The translations under genes and the position numbers were made by a program. A stretch of DNA of 64,000 nt from the NCBI RefSeq assembly GCF_006345805.1, contig NC_043009.1, positions 7,750,001 to 7,814,000 of the forward strand. The letters run 5' to 3'. Position 1 is the stretch's first letter, and each line of letters starts with the position of its first letter. This stretch comes from Octopus sinensis. Taxonomy: Eukaryota. Shown here piece by piece: positions 30,333-42,861 of this stretch. The notes under the pieces were generated by a model that saw only the letters and a program-made list of their open reading frames with translations, searched no databases and was not told where the DNA came from.

Positions 30333-31720
30333 TGGTGGTGTTGGTTGTGGTGGTGGCGGTGGTGGTGGCGGTTGTGGCGGCGGCAGTGGTGGTGGTGATG
30401 ATGGTGGTGGTGGTGGCGGTGGTGATGATGGTGGTGGCGGAGTTGGTGATGGTGGTGGTGATGGTGGTGGTGGTGGTGGTGGTGATGGTGGCGGCGATGG
30501 TGGTGGTGATGATGGTGGTGGTGGTGGTGGTGGCGGCGATGGTGGTGGTGATGGTGGTGGTGGTGGTGGCAGCGATGGTGGTGGTGATGTTGGCGGCGAT
30601 GGTGGTGGTGGTGATGATGGTGGTGGTGGTGGTGATGATGGTGGTGTGGTGATGATGATGGTGGTGGAGTTGGTGATGGTGGTGGTGGTGGCGGGGCGAT
30701 GGTGGTGTGGATGGTGGTGGTGGTGTGGTGGGTGATGGTGGTGGTGATGGTGGTGGTGGTGGCGGCGATGGTGGTGGTGGTGGCGGTGATGGTGGTGGTG
30801 ATGGTGGTGTTGTGGTGAGTGTTCGGCAGCGATGGTGTGGTGATGTGTTGGTGGTGGCGGCGATGACGTTGGTGGTGGCGGCGATGGTGGTGGTGATGGT
30901 GGTGGTGGTGGTGATGTTGGCGGCGATGGTGGTGGTGATGGTGGTGGTGGTGGCGGCGATGGTGGTGGTGGTGTGATGGTGGCGGCGATGGTTGGTGATG
31001 TTGGCGGCGATGGTGGTGGTGGTGGCGGTGATGGTGGTGGTGATGGTGGTGGTGGCGGCGGCGATGGTGGTGGTGGTGGCGTGATGGTGGTGGTGATGGT
31101 GGTGGTGGCGGCGATGGTGGTTGGGTGATGGTGGTGGTGGTGGCGGCGATGGTGGTGGTGGTGGTGGTGATGTTGGCGGCGATGGTGGTGGTGATGGTGG
31201 TGGTGGTGGCGGCGATGGTGGTGGTGGTGGCGGCGATGGTGGTGGTGATGGTGGTGGTGGTGGTGATGTTGGCGGCGATGGTGGTGGTGATGGTGGTGGT
31301 GGCGGCGATGGTGGTGGTGATGGTGGTGGTTGGGTGGTGCGGCGATGTTGGTGGTGGTGGCGGCGGCGATGGTGGTGGTGATGGTGGTGGTGGTGGTGAT
31401 GTTGGCGGCGATGGTGGTGGTGATGGTGGTGGTGGCGGCGATGGTGGTGGTGGTGGCGGCGATGGTGGTGGTGATGGTGGTGGTGGTGGTGATGTTGGCG
31501 GCGATGGTGGTGGTGATGGTGGTGGTGGTGGCGGCGATGGTGGTGGTGGTGGCGGTGATGGTGGTGGTGATGGTGGTGGTGGTGGTGATGTTGGCGGCGA
31601 TGGTGGTGGTGATGGTGGTGGTGGTGGCGGCGATGGTGGTGGTGGTGGCGGCGATGGTGGTGGTGGTGGTGATGGTGGTGATGATGGTGGTGGTCGTGGT
31701 GGTGGTGGTGGTGGTGGTCG
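30333..31720. repeat. 1.4-kb GC-rich (GGT)n-based array with higher-order units (GGT/GAT/GGC/GTT)
   Basis: Recurrent gatgttggcggcgatggtggtggtgat units; source of the 500+ aa Thr/Pro/His ORFs. Confidence 0.95.
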
Positions 31721-32004
31721 TGGCAGAGTTGTCCGTAGTAGTCGTTGACTGTGAAGCAGTCGTCTGGGTTCTTCCAATTCTTCGTAGAACGCCAAAACGT
31801 AGAACGCCATTGGCCATAGGGTTCCTGGGACCAGCGAGAAAATTTCAGGATACGACGGGATAATTTGGGAATTCTAGAAAACAACTTTTAAGTTGGAAAA
31901 TTCATTCTCATTATTCAAATTGCCTTCCACGACATTTATTTTCCTTAATATGGTTATCCTTTATGATTCCAATTCACCTGAGACAGTTCTTCGTTACAAA
32001 CTCC

Positions 32005-32422
32005 GGATCTTTCGGTTTGAACGGCAGTTTTTAACATAATTTCTAGGTAACTAAAATATTTTAAACTTCGTATACTGGTAGAATGTGTTTATAAAATATC
32101 TTTTTCTCTTGGTTTCATTGAGAAAACTCTGTAGTTCGTAAGATATTTGTTGTTTTTTTTTTCTTCAATTTCTGCAATTTCAACCAATCAATAATGTCTA
32201 TTGAGGTAAAAAAAACATTCTGTGCCGTATGAATATGTCCCTCGTTTAAGAAACAGATTGGGTTTATTTACATTTGTGAAGAAAAAAAGATACCCTTCCC
32301 TCCACCCCTTACCCTAACCCTAAAAAAGATTGAAATGCAATAGATCGATACTAGGGTCATAATTATGGGTGACAATTTCATGACACCGCTAGAAAAAACT
32401 GCCATTCAAACCGAAAAGATCC
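32005..32422. mobile_element. Merlin-like MITE: GG-starting TIRs, 8-bp TSD, internal CCCTAA repeats
   Basis: ggatctttcggtttgaacggcagttttt / aaaaactgccattcaaaccgaaaagatcc; flanks caaactcc (31997-32004) and caaattcc (32423-32430). Confidence 0.8.
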
Positions 32423-32956
32423 CAAATTCCCTGACTTAAAGCGATCTAAATTTAAAAGTCCTTGAAAATTTCAAACACAAGGTTAATAAGGTCAAGGTTA
32501 TTTCACCTAATTCTTCGCTAATTTCCAAATGAATTGAAACAAGAGCAGTATATTATTTCAACAGAAATATGGTAAGAAGTATTGTTGAATGCAAAGTACA
32601 ATCCACGCGATTGGATTCTATCCAGTTTCCATGTTGACGCGATTTCACTCACTCTCTCACATTTATCCTACATGCCACGCAACGGGATCGAACATAGAAT
32701 ATTGTAGTTACGACGCAACCTTCAAAAGAATTGGACCACACAGAGACTGTGAGTGTATTTATGTGTATGTATATATGTGAATATGTATATATGTATATAT
32801 ATGTGTGTGTGTGTAATGATGTATGTATGTATATTGTATGTATACATGTATATATATATATGTACACACACACACATATATATATACGTGCACACAGATA
32901 CATAGTCCATGTGTATATGTGCGTGTGTATATAATATATATATATATATATTTATA

Positions 32957-32987
<31 letters not shown>

Positions 32988-33726
32988 TATATATAGGTAT
33001 GCATATATATGTACTTACGTGTATGCGTGTGCATGTGTGTGTGCATACATACACGCATATATATATATATATACGTGTCTATGAATACTGTTTGTATATG
33101 TGTGCTTCTGAGTGTGTGTGTGAGCGTGTGAGTGTGTGTGCGTGTGTGTGTGAGCGTGTGTGTTTGTGTGTGAGTGTGTGTGTGTGTGTATGAACGTGTG
33201 AGCGTGTGAGTGTGTGTGAGTGTATGTGTGTAGAGGAGAATGGGAATTTGTGTGGGTGTAAATCTAACTATAAAGCAAATAATTGAATTTAAAATGTTGC
33301 TTTTGTAACCTGGTCTTCTACTCATAGCAGTATGTTAGTTACTTTACAGACTACGTTTAATTACGAATTAAACAAAACAGAAGGCAAAAGAAAAAGCAGA
33401 GAGGAAAATGAAATGAAATGAAATAAATAGAGCTAACAACTAACAAGAAGAAGTGTGAAGTGTAGATATAGAGGCTTTAGTGACTCTATGGTTTACTTAA
33501 ATGCGTCGAGAGTAAATTGAATTTTCTCAAGTAGCCAATAATGAACTTCATTTCGGAAAGTAATCCAAATGTTTTATAAGATTTATATGATGGAAATTGC
33601 GATTTCATGTCTTCTATTTCTTAGTCTTTGATGAAAAAAAATTCGATTAGATTTCTTTATACACAGAGACCCATACACTCTTCGATCACCTACCTTGACA
33701 CTGGGAGCCTTTTGTAAAGGCAATTG

Positions 33727-34105
33727 TATTACAAGTTTTCGGCTAAGATCTCTAGTTTGGGGATAGGATGATGTTTTTTCTCCCAACGGTCAAGGAAGGT
33801 TTGAATTCCTGCAAATGGTCATGGGTGTGGTACGTCAGTCTCTGACTAACCCATTACAAAATTTGTATATATTCAAAATTTTGCTTCCATAACCCGTGAT
33901 TTAGTAGAAACCATCGTATTGCAGTCTTCGGCTAAGATCTCTGATCTGAGAACAGCATGATTTTTTTTTCTCCCAATGGTCAAGGAAGCTATGAATTCCT
34001 GCAAATGACCAATAATGCGAGCGGCATCCATAAACAAAAATAAAATTATTCAAATATTTGGTTCCTTAACCTGTGGCTTAGTGAAGGCCATCCTGCTGCA
34101 TGCAT
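33727..34105. repeat. Diverged ~190-bp tandem duplication
   Basis: ttcggctaagatctct...tctcccaa.ggtcaaggaag.t.tgaattcctgcaaatg occurs twice. Confidence 0.85.
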
Positions 34106-34125
34106 TCGACAAATGTCTCTCGACC

Positions 34126-34362
34126 TGGATATTGGAAACACATGTGTTCACCAATGGAAACTAGGTGAATCAGATAAGGAAGACCGACACCCCATGTTCT
34201 TTACAGAGGCTCCGTGACTTGTGGCGAGATCTCATCTGCTTCGATCATTCGGTCGAGATCTCACCACAAGTCACAGAGTCTCTGTAAAGAACATGGGGTG
34301 TCGGTCTTCCGTATCTGATTCACCTAGGTTTCATTGGTGAACACATCTGTTTCCAATATCCA
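34126..34362. repeat. Long near-perfect palindrome, ~107-bp arms
   Basis: tggatattggaaaca...gagatctc / gagatctc...tgtttccaatatcca. Confidence 0.93.
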
Positions 34363-35004
34363 TTTATGCACAACAGAGTATAAAAAACAATTGAAAGAAA
34401 TCTAAACATCATAAAACTTCACTGTGGTTTGTATAAGAATGTAAACACATTCATTGTCTTCTGTTGAAGTATTGTAAAAAGCGAAGAGTCTCGCGACTGA
34501 TCAGTTTATAATTTGCGACCACTCATCAGAGAAAATGTACTTGGCTTGCTTCCTCAATTAGGACTATAAATCAGTTTCTTATAAAGTAGTCACGAATTAG
34601 ATTAGTACCATGGATGATAGTCTGATATGCATATTTCTGCTTTTCATAGTTAGTAATTAATTAAACAAAATCTATTTCATGCACAACACAGTGTAAATCA
34701 GAAGAACTGGAAATAACTTTAAATAATATATAACTTTACTGTGGGTTAAATAGGTTGTATAGATGATTTGCAGAAAATAAAGAAGGCGGGTGTGTCTTGG
34801 TGAACCTCAGAGATGTATCCGGCCTTTAGTAACCTGGATCAGTTGCTTATTGGAGCAAACCTAGTCTTCAAAGCCAAGTGGTGAAATCAGCGAATACGCT
34901 CCGACTTTATCAGATCTCCTCAGCCAAGTTAATTCTTCTGAACTAGCGAAAATAGGAGATATCAGCATATGTATAGAGATAAAGTAATGATGCTGATTAT
35001 TAAT

Positions 35005-35392
35005 GGGTGGAAGCACTCCGTCGGTTACGACGATGAGGGTTCCGGTTGATCCGAATCAACGGAACAGCCTGCGCGTGAAATTAACGTGTAAGTGGCTGAG
35101 CACTCCACAGACACGTGTACCCTTAACGTAGTTCTCGGGGATATTCAGCGTGACACAGAGAGTGACAAGGCCGGCCCCTTGAAATACAGGTACAACAGAA
35201 ACAGGAAGTAAGAGTGAGAGAAAGTTGTGGTGAAAGAGTACGGCAGGGATCACCACCATCCCCTGCCGGAGCCTCGTGGAGCTTTAGGTGTTTTCGCTCA
35301 ATAAACACTCACAACGCCCGGTCTGGGAATCGAAACCGCGATCCTATGACCGCGAGTCCTCTGCCCTAACCACTGGGCCATTGCGCCTCCAC
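35005..35392 (-). mobile_element. SINE family C (tRNA-Arg-like head, OR-type octopus SINE-like), full length
   Basis: Minus strand ggaggcgcaatggcccagtggttagggcag..gactcgcggtc..ggtttcgattccc; related copies at 50245 and 61895. Confidence 0.85.
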
Positions 35393-36029
35393 TGATTATT
35401 AATATCAACAATGTGGTTGAAAGAAAGTACCTCAAGGGGAATGTTCTGTATACTTCTGTATACTTAGCAGAAATATAATTAGTTTTTTCATATATATAAA
35501 ACAGTGAGTTGAAAAACTTCAATCAGCTGAAATTACCCGAACAATTGTAACACAGCGATTCCCTGTCGGTGGTGTTTCATGTCTAAAAACTATAACTAAG
35601 GGAGATAGCTTCCATAAGGCATTTGTTTATATATAATAGTGCAAGATTAAAATTATATATTTTTCTAACTCACTTGCTAATGAGAGTTTTATATATATAT
35701 ATATATATATATATGTAAGCATATGTGCGTGTGTATGTGTGAGTGAGTGTGTGTGTGTGTGGTGTGTGTGTGTGTGTGTGGTGTGTGTGTGTGTGTGTGT
35801 GTGTTAGTGTGTTTTAGATCGATAAAATAAATACCAGTTGAACATTGGGATCGCTGTAACCGAGTTAACCCTTCTCGTTAAAATAGCTGGCTTTCTGCTT
35901 GAATTTGAAACCACTGGCAGAATCTTTAGAGCGCTTGTAGCATTTCTTCTAGCTCTTGACGTTACCGAGGTAGAATTTCAAGCCTTGTGCCTATAGTACA
36001 AAGGATTATTATTATCATTATTATTATTA

Positions 36030-36097
<68 letters not shown>

Positions 36098-36099
36098 TT

Positions 36100-36480
36100 A
36101 TAAGGCGGCAAGTTAGCAGAAGCGTTAGTACACTGGGCAAAAGTGCTTCGCAGCATTTCGTCCGGCTTTACATTCTAAGTTCAAATTCCACCGAAGTTGA
36201 CTTTACCTTTCATACTTTCGTGGTCGATAAATTAAGTACTAGTCAAACACTGAGGTCGATATAATCGATAATCTCCCTCCCCAAAAATTTCAAGCTTAAT
36301 GCCTATAGTGGAAAGGATTATTATCATTGTTAAGGCAAGCTGGCAGAATCGGTAGAGCGTCGCGAAAAAGAGCTCTGCGGTATTCTGGCCCTTTATGTTC
36401 AAAATCGTAGTCAAGAAGTGCAATCGATGCATCAATGCTATCGACTTATCCTCTTCCCACATAATTACTGACCTTGTTCT
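36100..36480 (+). mobile_element. SINE family B, two adjacent copies
   Basis: aaggcggcaagttagcagaa and aaggcaagctggcagaatc heads. Confidence 0.75.
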
Positions 36481-36564
36481 TAAATCTCTCTTAACGTTCA
36501 TTGAAAATCCCTATGTCAGAAAAAAAGCTTGAGATTTATATATGTATATATATATATATATATC

Positions 36565-37115
36565 TGAGATCCCCTTCGGTCATGACTGACCATGGGATTG
36601 CACCTAGGAAGTTACCCTTCCAGGCACAAGTCCGGACAAGGTTGTTTTATGGAAGACCAGCAGTCGCCCATGCATACCGGCCTCCCCTCTTCACACCACT
36701 GATGTTATCCAAGGGAAAGGCAAAGGGGCCGATACAGCTTGGCACCTGTGACGTCGCAACTCATTTCTACAGCTGAGTGAACTGGAGCAACGTGAAATAA
36801 AGTGTCTTGCTCAAGAGCACAACACGCAGCCCGGTCCGGGATTCGAGTTCACAACCTCACGATCGTAAGATCGTAAGTTCAATTCCCAGCGACCGCGTTG
36901 TGTTCTTGAGCAATGTGTTTATTTCACATTGCTCCAGTCCGCTAAGCTGGTAAGAAGGAACTGTACCTGCATTTCAAAGGGACCAGCCTTGTCACATTCT
37001 GTGTCACGCTGAATCGGCCCGAGAACTACGTTGAGGGTACACGTGTCTGTGAAGTGCTCACTCGCACGTTAATTTCCCGAGCAGGCTGTTCCGTTGATTG
37101 TAACCGACGGAGAGC
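36565..37115. mobile_element. Two C-related SINEs joined head to head (minus 36565-36868, plus 36869-37115)
   Basis: cttgctcaagagcacaacacg versus cgttgtgttcttgagcaa; shared ttcacattgctccagt core; right copy has a family C 3' body. Confidence 0.7.
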
Positions 37116-37204
37116 CGGGCTTTCTATCGTCAGTCGAGTTCCAGATCATCCCTGCAGTTTCGGCGGTCACTCAAAAGAGACCTGTTGTTTTATTTTTAAT
37201 TCTT

Positions 37205-37427
37205 TTCTTTTATTCTTTTATTTGTTTCAGCCATTTGACTGTGGCCATGCTGGAGCCCCACTTTCAGTCGACCAAATCGACCCCAGGACTTATTCTTTGT
37301 AAGCCTAGTACTTATTCTATCGGTCTCTTTTGGCGAACCACTAAGTTACGGGGACGTAAACACACCAGCATCGGTTGTCAAGCGATGCTGGAGGTGACAG
37401 ACACAAACACAGAAACACACACACACA

Positions 37428-37466
<39 letters not shown>

Positions 37467-37598
37467 TATACGACGGGCTTTTTTTTCAGTTTCCGTCTAC
37501 CAAATCCACTCACAAGGCTTTGGTCGGTCCCAGGCTATAGCAAAAGACACTTGCCCAAGGTGCCACACAGTGGGACTGAATCCGGAACCATGTGGTAT
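37205..37598 (-). mobile_element. SINE family A
   Basis: Reverse complement of the family A consensus. Confidence 0.88.
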
Positions 37599-37986
37599 GG
37601 CAGCCTGTGTAGTATTTCTCCTTTTTTTTTCGTCCTTGTTTTCGTATACATTCGCTTGCTTTCTTCCAAAGAATCTAGTGCTCTTAGCTTAGATTTTGTT
37701 GCTTAGATTGGAGCAGCCTCGAGTGTAACCGGCCGAAACTGCAGGAATGATCTGGAACTCGACTAACTATATAAAAGCTCCTAATGACCCGTCCTCGTTT
37801 TTTCCTGTCCTTCTTTGTATCGGCTAACTGTCCGATATTTTTTGTTGTTTTTGTAAAATCTCAGAACATAATTACGTTCTGCTTCCATGTATATATATAT
37901 ATGCGAATTCTAGCTTAGTTAAAATATATTTGTGACATATTTCAACTTCTAAAGGTAAATTCCCTGCAGTTAAAGTGGAGTAGTAC

Positions 37987-38055
<69 letters not shown>

Positions 38056-38226
38056 AGTGGCTGTGTGGTAAGTAGCTTGCTTCCATACCACATGGTTCCG
38101 GGTTCAGTCCCACTGCGTGGCACCTTGGACAAGTACATTCTACTATAGCCTCGGGCCGACCAAAGCCTTGTGAGTGGATTTGGTAGACGGAAACTGAAAG
38201 AAGCCCGTCGTATATATGTATATGTA

Positions 38227-39553
38227 CGAGGGACGTTCAGTAAGTAATGCCCCTGACCCACTTGTTGTTGTTTGATCTTGCTGAAATTTTGCATGTGCAA
38301 TTATTCATATCTTTATAGATTACGTGGCAAATTACAGCTCTGAACTAATTGTGGTTTCTGATTTACAGGTGTTTGAACTGAGTCAAGTGTGAAATGGAGC
38401 CTGTTGAGTGTCGAGCAGTGATCCGGGTTTTGTATTTGAAAGGACGCACACCACGGGAGACTTTTGATGAAATGAAAGTAACTTATGATAATGATGCCCC
38501 ATCATATGACCTTGTAAAACGCTGGCATCGTGAATTCAAACATGGTCGGAACTCTGTGGAAACAGCCCCCAGAGTTGGTCACCCTCCTTCTGCCATTGAT
38601 GAGGCATCTGTCCGTCAAGTTGAGGATGCCATTTTGGAAGATCGACGCATAACTATTCGCCAAATAGCCCATGAGGTCAAGATTAGTACCGGGTCTGTGG
38701 AAACTATCATTCATGACCATTTGCATATGCAAAAGGTGTCTGCCAGATGGATTCCCATGTTGCTCGCACCTTACCAGAAGCAAGAACGCGTCGAGTGCTC
38801 GAGGATGAATTTGGAGATGTGCCAAGAAGATGAGTCAAAATTTTTCAAAAGACTGATTACACAGGATGAAACCTGGGTCCATCACCATGATCCAGAGACC
38901 AAAGCCCAGTCAATGCAGTGGAAACACCGTGACTCACCTCCTCCAAAGAAGGCAAGGGTGCAGCCCTCCGCTGGCAAGGTCATGCTTACAGTCTTCTGGG
39001 ACCAGGACGGAGTAGTGAAGACAGATTTCCTGGCAAAGGGTGCCACAATTACTAGTGTGCCACATAATTACAATTACAGGGTGCCACATAATTACAATTA
39101 TGCTTCACTTTTGAGGAAATTAAGAGAAGCTATCAAAATCAAGAGGCGTGCAAGATCAGCAAAGGCATCCTCCTCCTGTAGGACAACGCTCCGGTCCACA
39201 ACTCGATGGTCGCCAGATCAGAAGCACAGGCGTGCGGCTATGAACTCTTCCCCCAAACTCCTACTCTCCTGACCTTGCACTCTCTGATTTTCACCTCTTC
39301 CCAGCCATGAAGTTGTTTTTGAAAGGAAAGCGTTTCCCAGATGATGCAGCCTTGATTTCTGAAGTCACGTCGTGGTTGGAGGACCAAGCTGGGGTCTTCT
39401 ACAAAAACGGTCTCTAGAGCTGCATCAAACGATGGGAGAAATGCGTAACTCTGGGTGGTTCCTATGTAGGAAAAGACTAATAACTGTGCCAAGTGTCGTT
39501 TCTCTACTGCTATGGGAAGTGGGTCAGGGGCATTACTTATTGAATGCCCCTCG
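38227..39553 (+). mobile_element. Full-length mariner (DD34D) transposon with TA TSD
   Basis: TIRs cgagggacgttcagtaagtaatgcccctgacccact / agtgggtcaggggcattacttattgaatgcccctcg; TA at 38225-38226 and 39554-39555. Confidence 0.96.
38394..39480 (+). pseudogene. Mariner transposase, frameshifted
   Basis: HTH N-terminus, RWIP, ITQDETW, DNA..H and YSPDLALSDFHLF motifs; duplication at ~39040-39100, frameshift near 39150, later in-frame stop. Confidence 0.93.
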
Positions 39554-39846
39554 TATGCGTGCGTGTGTTTGTCCCCCTAGCATTGCTTGACAACCGATGC
39601 TGGTGTGTTTATGTCCCCGTTACTTAGCGGTTCGGCAAAAGAGACCGATAGAATAAGTACTGGACTTACAAAAGAATAAGTCCCGGGGTCGAGTTGCTCG
39701 ATTAAAGGCGGTGCTCCAGCATGGCCGCAGTCAAACGACTGAAGCAAGTAAGAGAGTAAAAGAGTAAGAGTAAAGATATATATAAGTATGTATGTATGTA
39801 TGTATGTATGTATATACATGAGAGAGAGAGAGAAAGAGTGATTCAC

Positions 39847-39899
<53 letters not shown>

Positions 39900-40498
39900 C
39901 GCGCGTGTATATATGTGTGTGTTTGTTTGTCACTGGATGAGCCATGTTCATCCAATCATTTTCTAAGTGCAGTGATTCAAGACACTTAATGTGGTTTAAA
40001 GGGATGGAAGGTGGCTGCTGTTTCTAGCATTATGAGCAACCCGTGTTGAGACTTCCTCTTCAGTTCGTGGTCTAAAATCTCTACTAAAGAATCTTGTGGT
40101 TAAATCTCATAACTAGTATCGTACATCACCTAGTAGGGGATACTAAGCTGCTCGTGCCTAGTCTAAAACTTAACAAAGAGAAACTAGCAAAAACGAAAAT
40201 TTCAGTGGTTGGAAGTCGATTTTACTTCATCTTACTGAAAGCAGCATGAACAATATTCGAATATGAAATAATGAATTGAAATGATTCATTTAAATTAAAA
40301 TTCCAAATGAGTCATTAGACGAGATGAGAGAATTGTTAAAGACTCGAAAAAAATACCTCGCGAATTCAGATCCATCCGAGATTAAATTTGTTTTTCCTCC
40401 CTCTGAGGGGTTTTAAAATAAGGTCCCGGTTAAGTACTGGGGACTCCTGTATTTAACTTTAAAATTACTGGCCTTGTATCTAAATGCCAAGCCATTAA

Positions 40499-40908
40499 TA
40501 CTCTTTTACTTGTTTCAGTCATTTGACTGCGGCCATGCTGGAGCACCGCCTTTAGTCGAGCAAATCGACCCCGGGACTTATTCTTTGTAAGCCCAGTATT
40601 TATTCTATCGGTCTCTTTTTGCCGAACCGCTAAGTGACGGGGACGTAAACACACCAGCATCAGTTGTCAAGCAATGCTAGGGGGACAAACACAGACACAC
40701 AAACACACACACATATACATATATATATACATATACATATATACGACAGGCTTCTTTCAGTTTCCGTGTACCAAATCCACTCACAAGGCATTGGTCGGCC
40801 CGGGGCTATAGCAGAAGACACTTGCCCAAGATGCCACGCAGATGGAATGAACCCAGAACCATGTGGTTGGTTAGCAAGCTACGTACCACACAGCCACTCC
40901 TGCGCCTA
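40499..40908 (-). mobile_element. SINE family A, full length
   Basis: Reverse complement of the consensus. Confidence 0.9.
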
Positions 40909-42527
40909 TAAGATAAGTTCTTCACATTCTTGTTGTTGAAAACTCTTTTAATATTCAATTCAAATTAGCATTATGTTTGCATCCAATTGTTCTTTTTTCT
41001 TTGTTATTGAATATTTAGACACATCAATCCGGATTCGAACTAGGAACCTCTATTTTCTAAATAAAAGGTGGCCGCGTTCTTATCCACCAGGCCACTGAAT
41101 GAGTCAGTAATCCAGTGGGAATGAACAAACATATGTAAACGATAGCGTTGATATAACTATTTCTTTTAAGTGCAAACATTTTTTTTTTTATTGTTGTCCC
41201 TAAACATAAAACCATAAACCTGAAAAATAAATTATGATTTTATTCGTTCATTTTACATAGCTTCAAAATTTTAATTTTATTCATTCATTTTACATAACTC
41301 AACACAAACTGACATTTGCTACCTTTAAATGTCTAAGGCGCTGGTTAATGAGTAAAGGTGAGAGGTATAAGAAATGCGGTCGAAAGCAGCAAGATATTTC
41401 TCCATTAGCCTTTCTGCATGTAGTCAGCCTCTTTCGAAGCATCTAGTTGCGCGCAGTTAATTATGCCAGCTCTCATCTTAATTGGCAACGACTATAGTAT
41501 TGTTAAAATGCTTTTACTGAAGGTTAAACACAGACGCAACACTGCAAATTAGGGAATTATTCATCGACAAATGCAATACCTTGGCTTGCCTTCACTTTTA
41601 ACTGCACCCACTCTAAGTAAGATCTTTATCGTCAGATATTACTTGCCGTCGATATATTCGAACTTAGAAACAAATCATTAAGTATATATGTATGCAATGC
41701 TGTGTCATTAAATCTAGTGAAAATAGCAAGTGTTACAGATTTCAAGGGAAAATACTTATGATTTGGTTATCTCCCTTGAGTTATAATTATTACAGCTTCT
41801 ATGAGTAATATTTTGTTCAACGTTGCAAAATTCTGTTGCATTTTATTAAGGTGAGTATATATATTGGTTAAAAAGTAAATAAATGCCTAGTAATTAAATA
41901 ATTAAAAAAAAATTCTATCAAGTAAAAGATGTTTCATAATATGTTTCAACGAATTCTGCTATTTTTAATACAAATGATATTTCATAGTCCAATAATTTAT
42001 AATTATTTCCCTTAGATATTACATATTTTTATTATTATTATCTCCCTTGCATAATTTAACCTTTATTTTTCTAACAGATCTTTCAAGTCTTGTATGTACC
42101 TCGACACTTAGGCACGTGTGTGTGAAATAAATACCAGTTGAACATTGGTATTTTCTTCACATTTATTTTCTTTAATTTCAAGTCGGAATTTACTCCAATG
42201 GCTGGCCGAAAAAAATTATACGTAGCTATAATGCCTCTCTTGCAAGTTAACGTGAGGATAAAACCGCACTGAAAGAATAACTTTGAAACTATGCACTTCA
42301 GTTTACTAATCATGTAATGCTAACGATTTGCTGCATGTTCCCCTCCTTTCGTTCTACATTATAGATGTTCTTAAGCGTAATGGCTTAGCCGGTCGAAACT
42401 TCGAAGTCACTGCCAGATACATTCTGGTATGAGAATAATAAATTTGTTCTCTACAAAATTATAGAGTAACCCATCAGGGTATAGTAAAACTGTTTTTTAC
42501 TATTACTGAACATAAAAACAAACATTG

Positions 42528-42585
<58 letters not shown>

Positions 42586-42586
42586 G

Positions 42587-42645
<59 letters not shown>

Positions 42646-42736
42646 ATATATATATATATGTATGTATGTATATATATGTATATATATATATATATATATG
42701 TATATAATATATATATATGTAGTATATAATATATAT

Positions 42737-42770
<34 letters not shown>

Positions 42771-42827
42771 TAATAATATATATACATATAATATATGCAT
42801 TATATATATGAATATATATTATATATA

Positions 42828-42861
<34 letters not shown>

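Larger units (their letters stand above)
38053..39773 (+). mobile_element. SINE family A split by the mariner insertion (38053-38224 and 39556-39773)
   Basis: 5' half precedes and 3' half follows the transposon. Confidence 0.9.

Noticed and set aside
30177-31884. Three 520-550 aa ORFs as extensin, mucin or His-rich genes
   Set aside because: All three frames are open because the repeat lacks stop codons; no signal peptide or consistent frame. Kept only as a repeat finding
32306-32323. Telomere or true interstitial telomeric array
   Set aside because: Only 2-3 units, and internal to a MITE
35320-35392. tRNA genes at SINE heads (also 50245, 62050, 3680)
   Set aside because: A and B boxes are present but continue into SINE bodies without a proper acceptor stem
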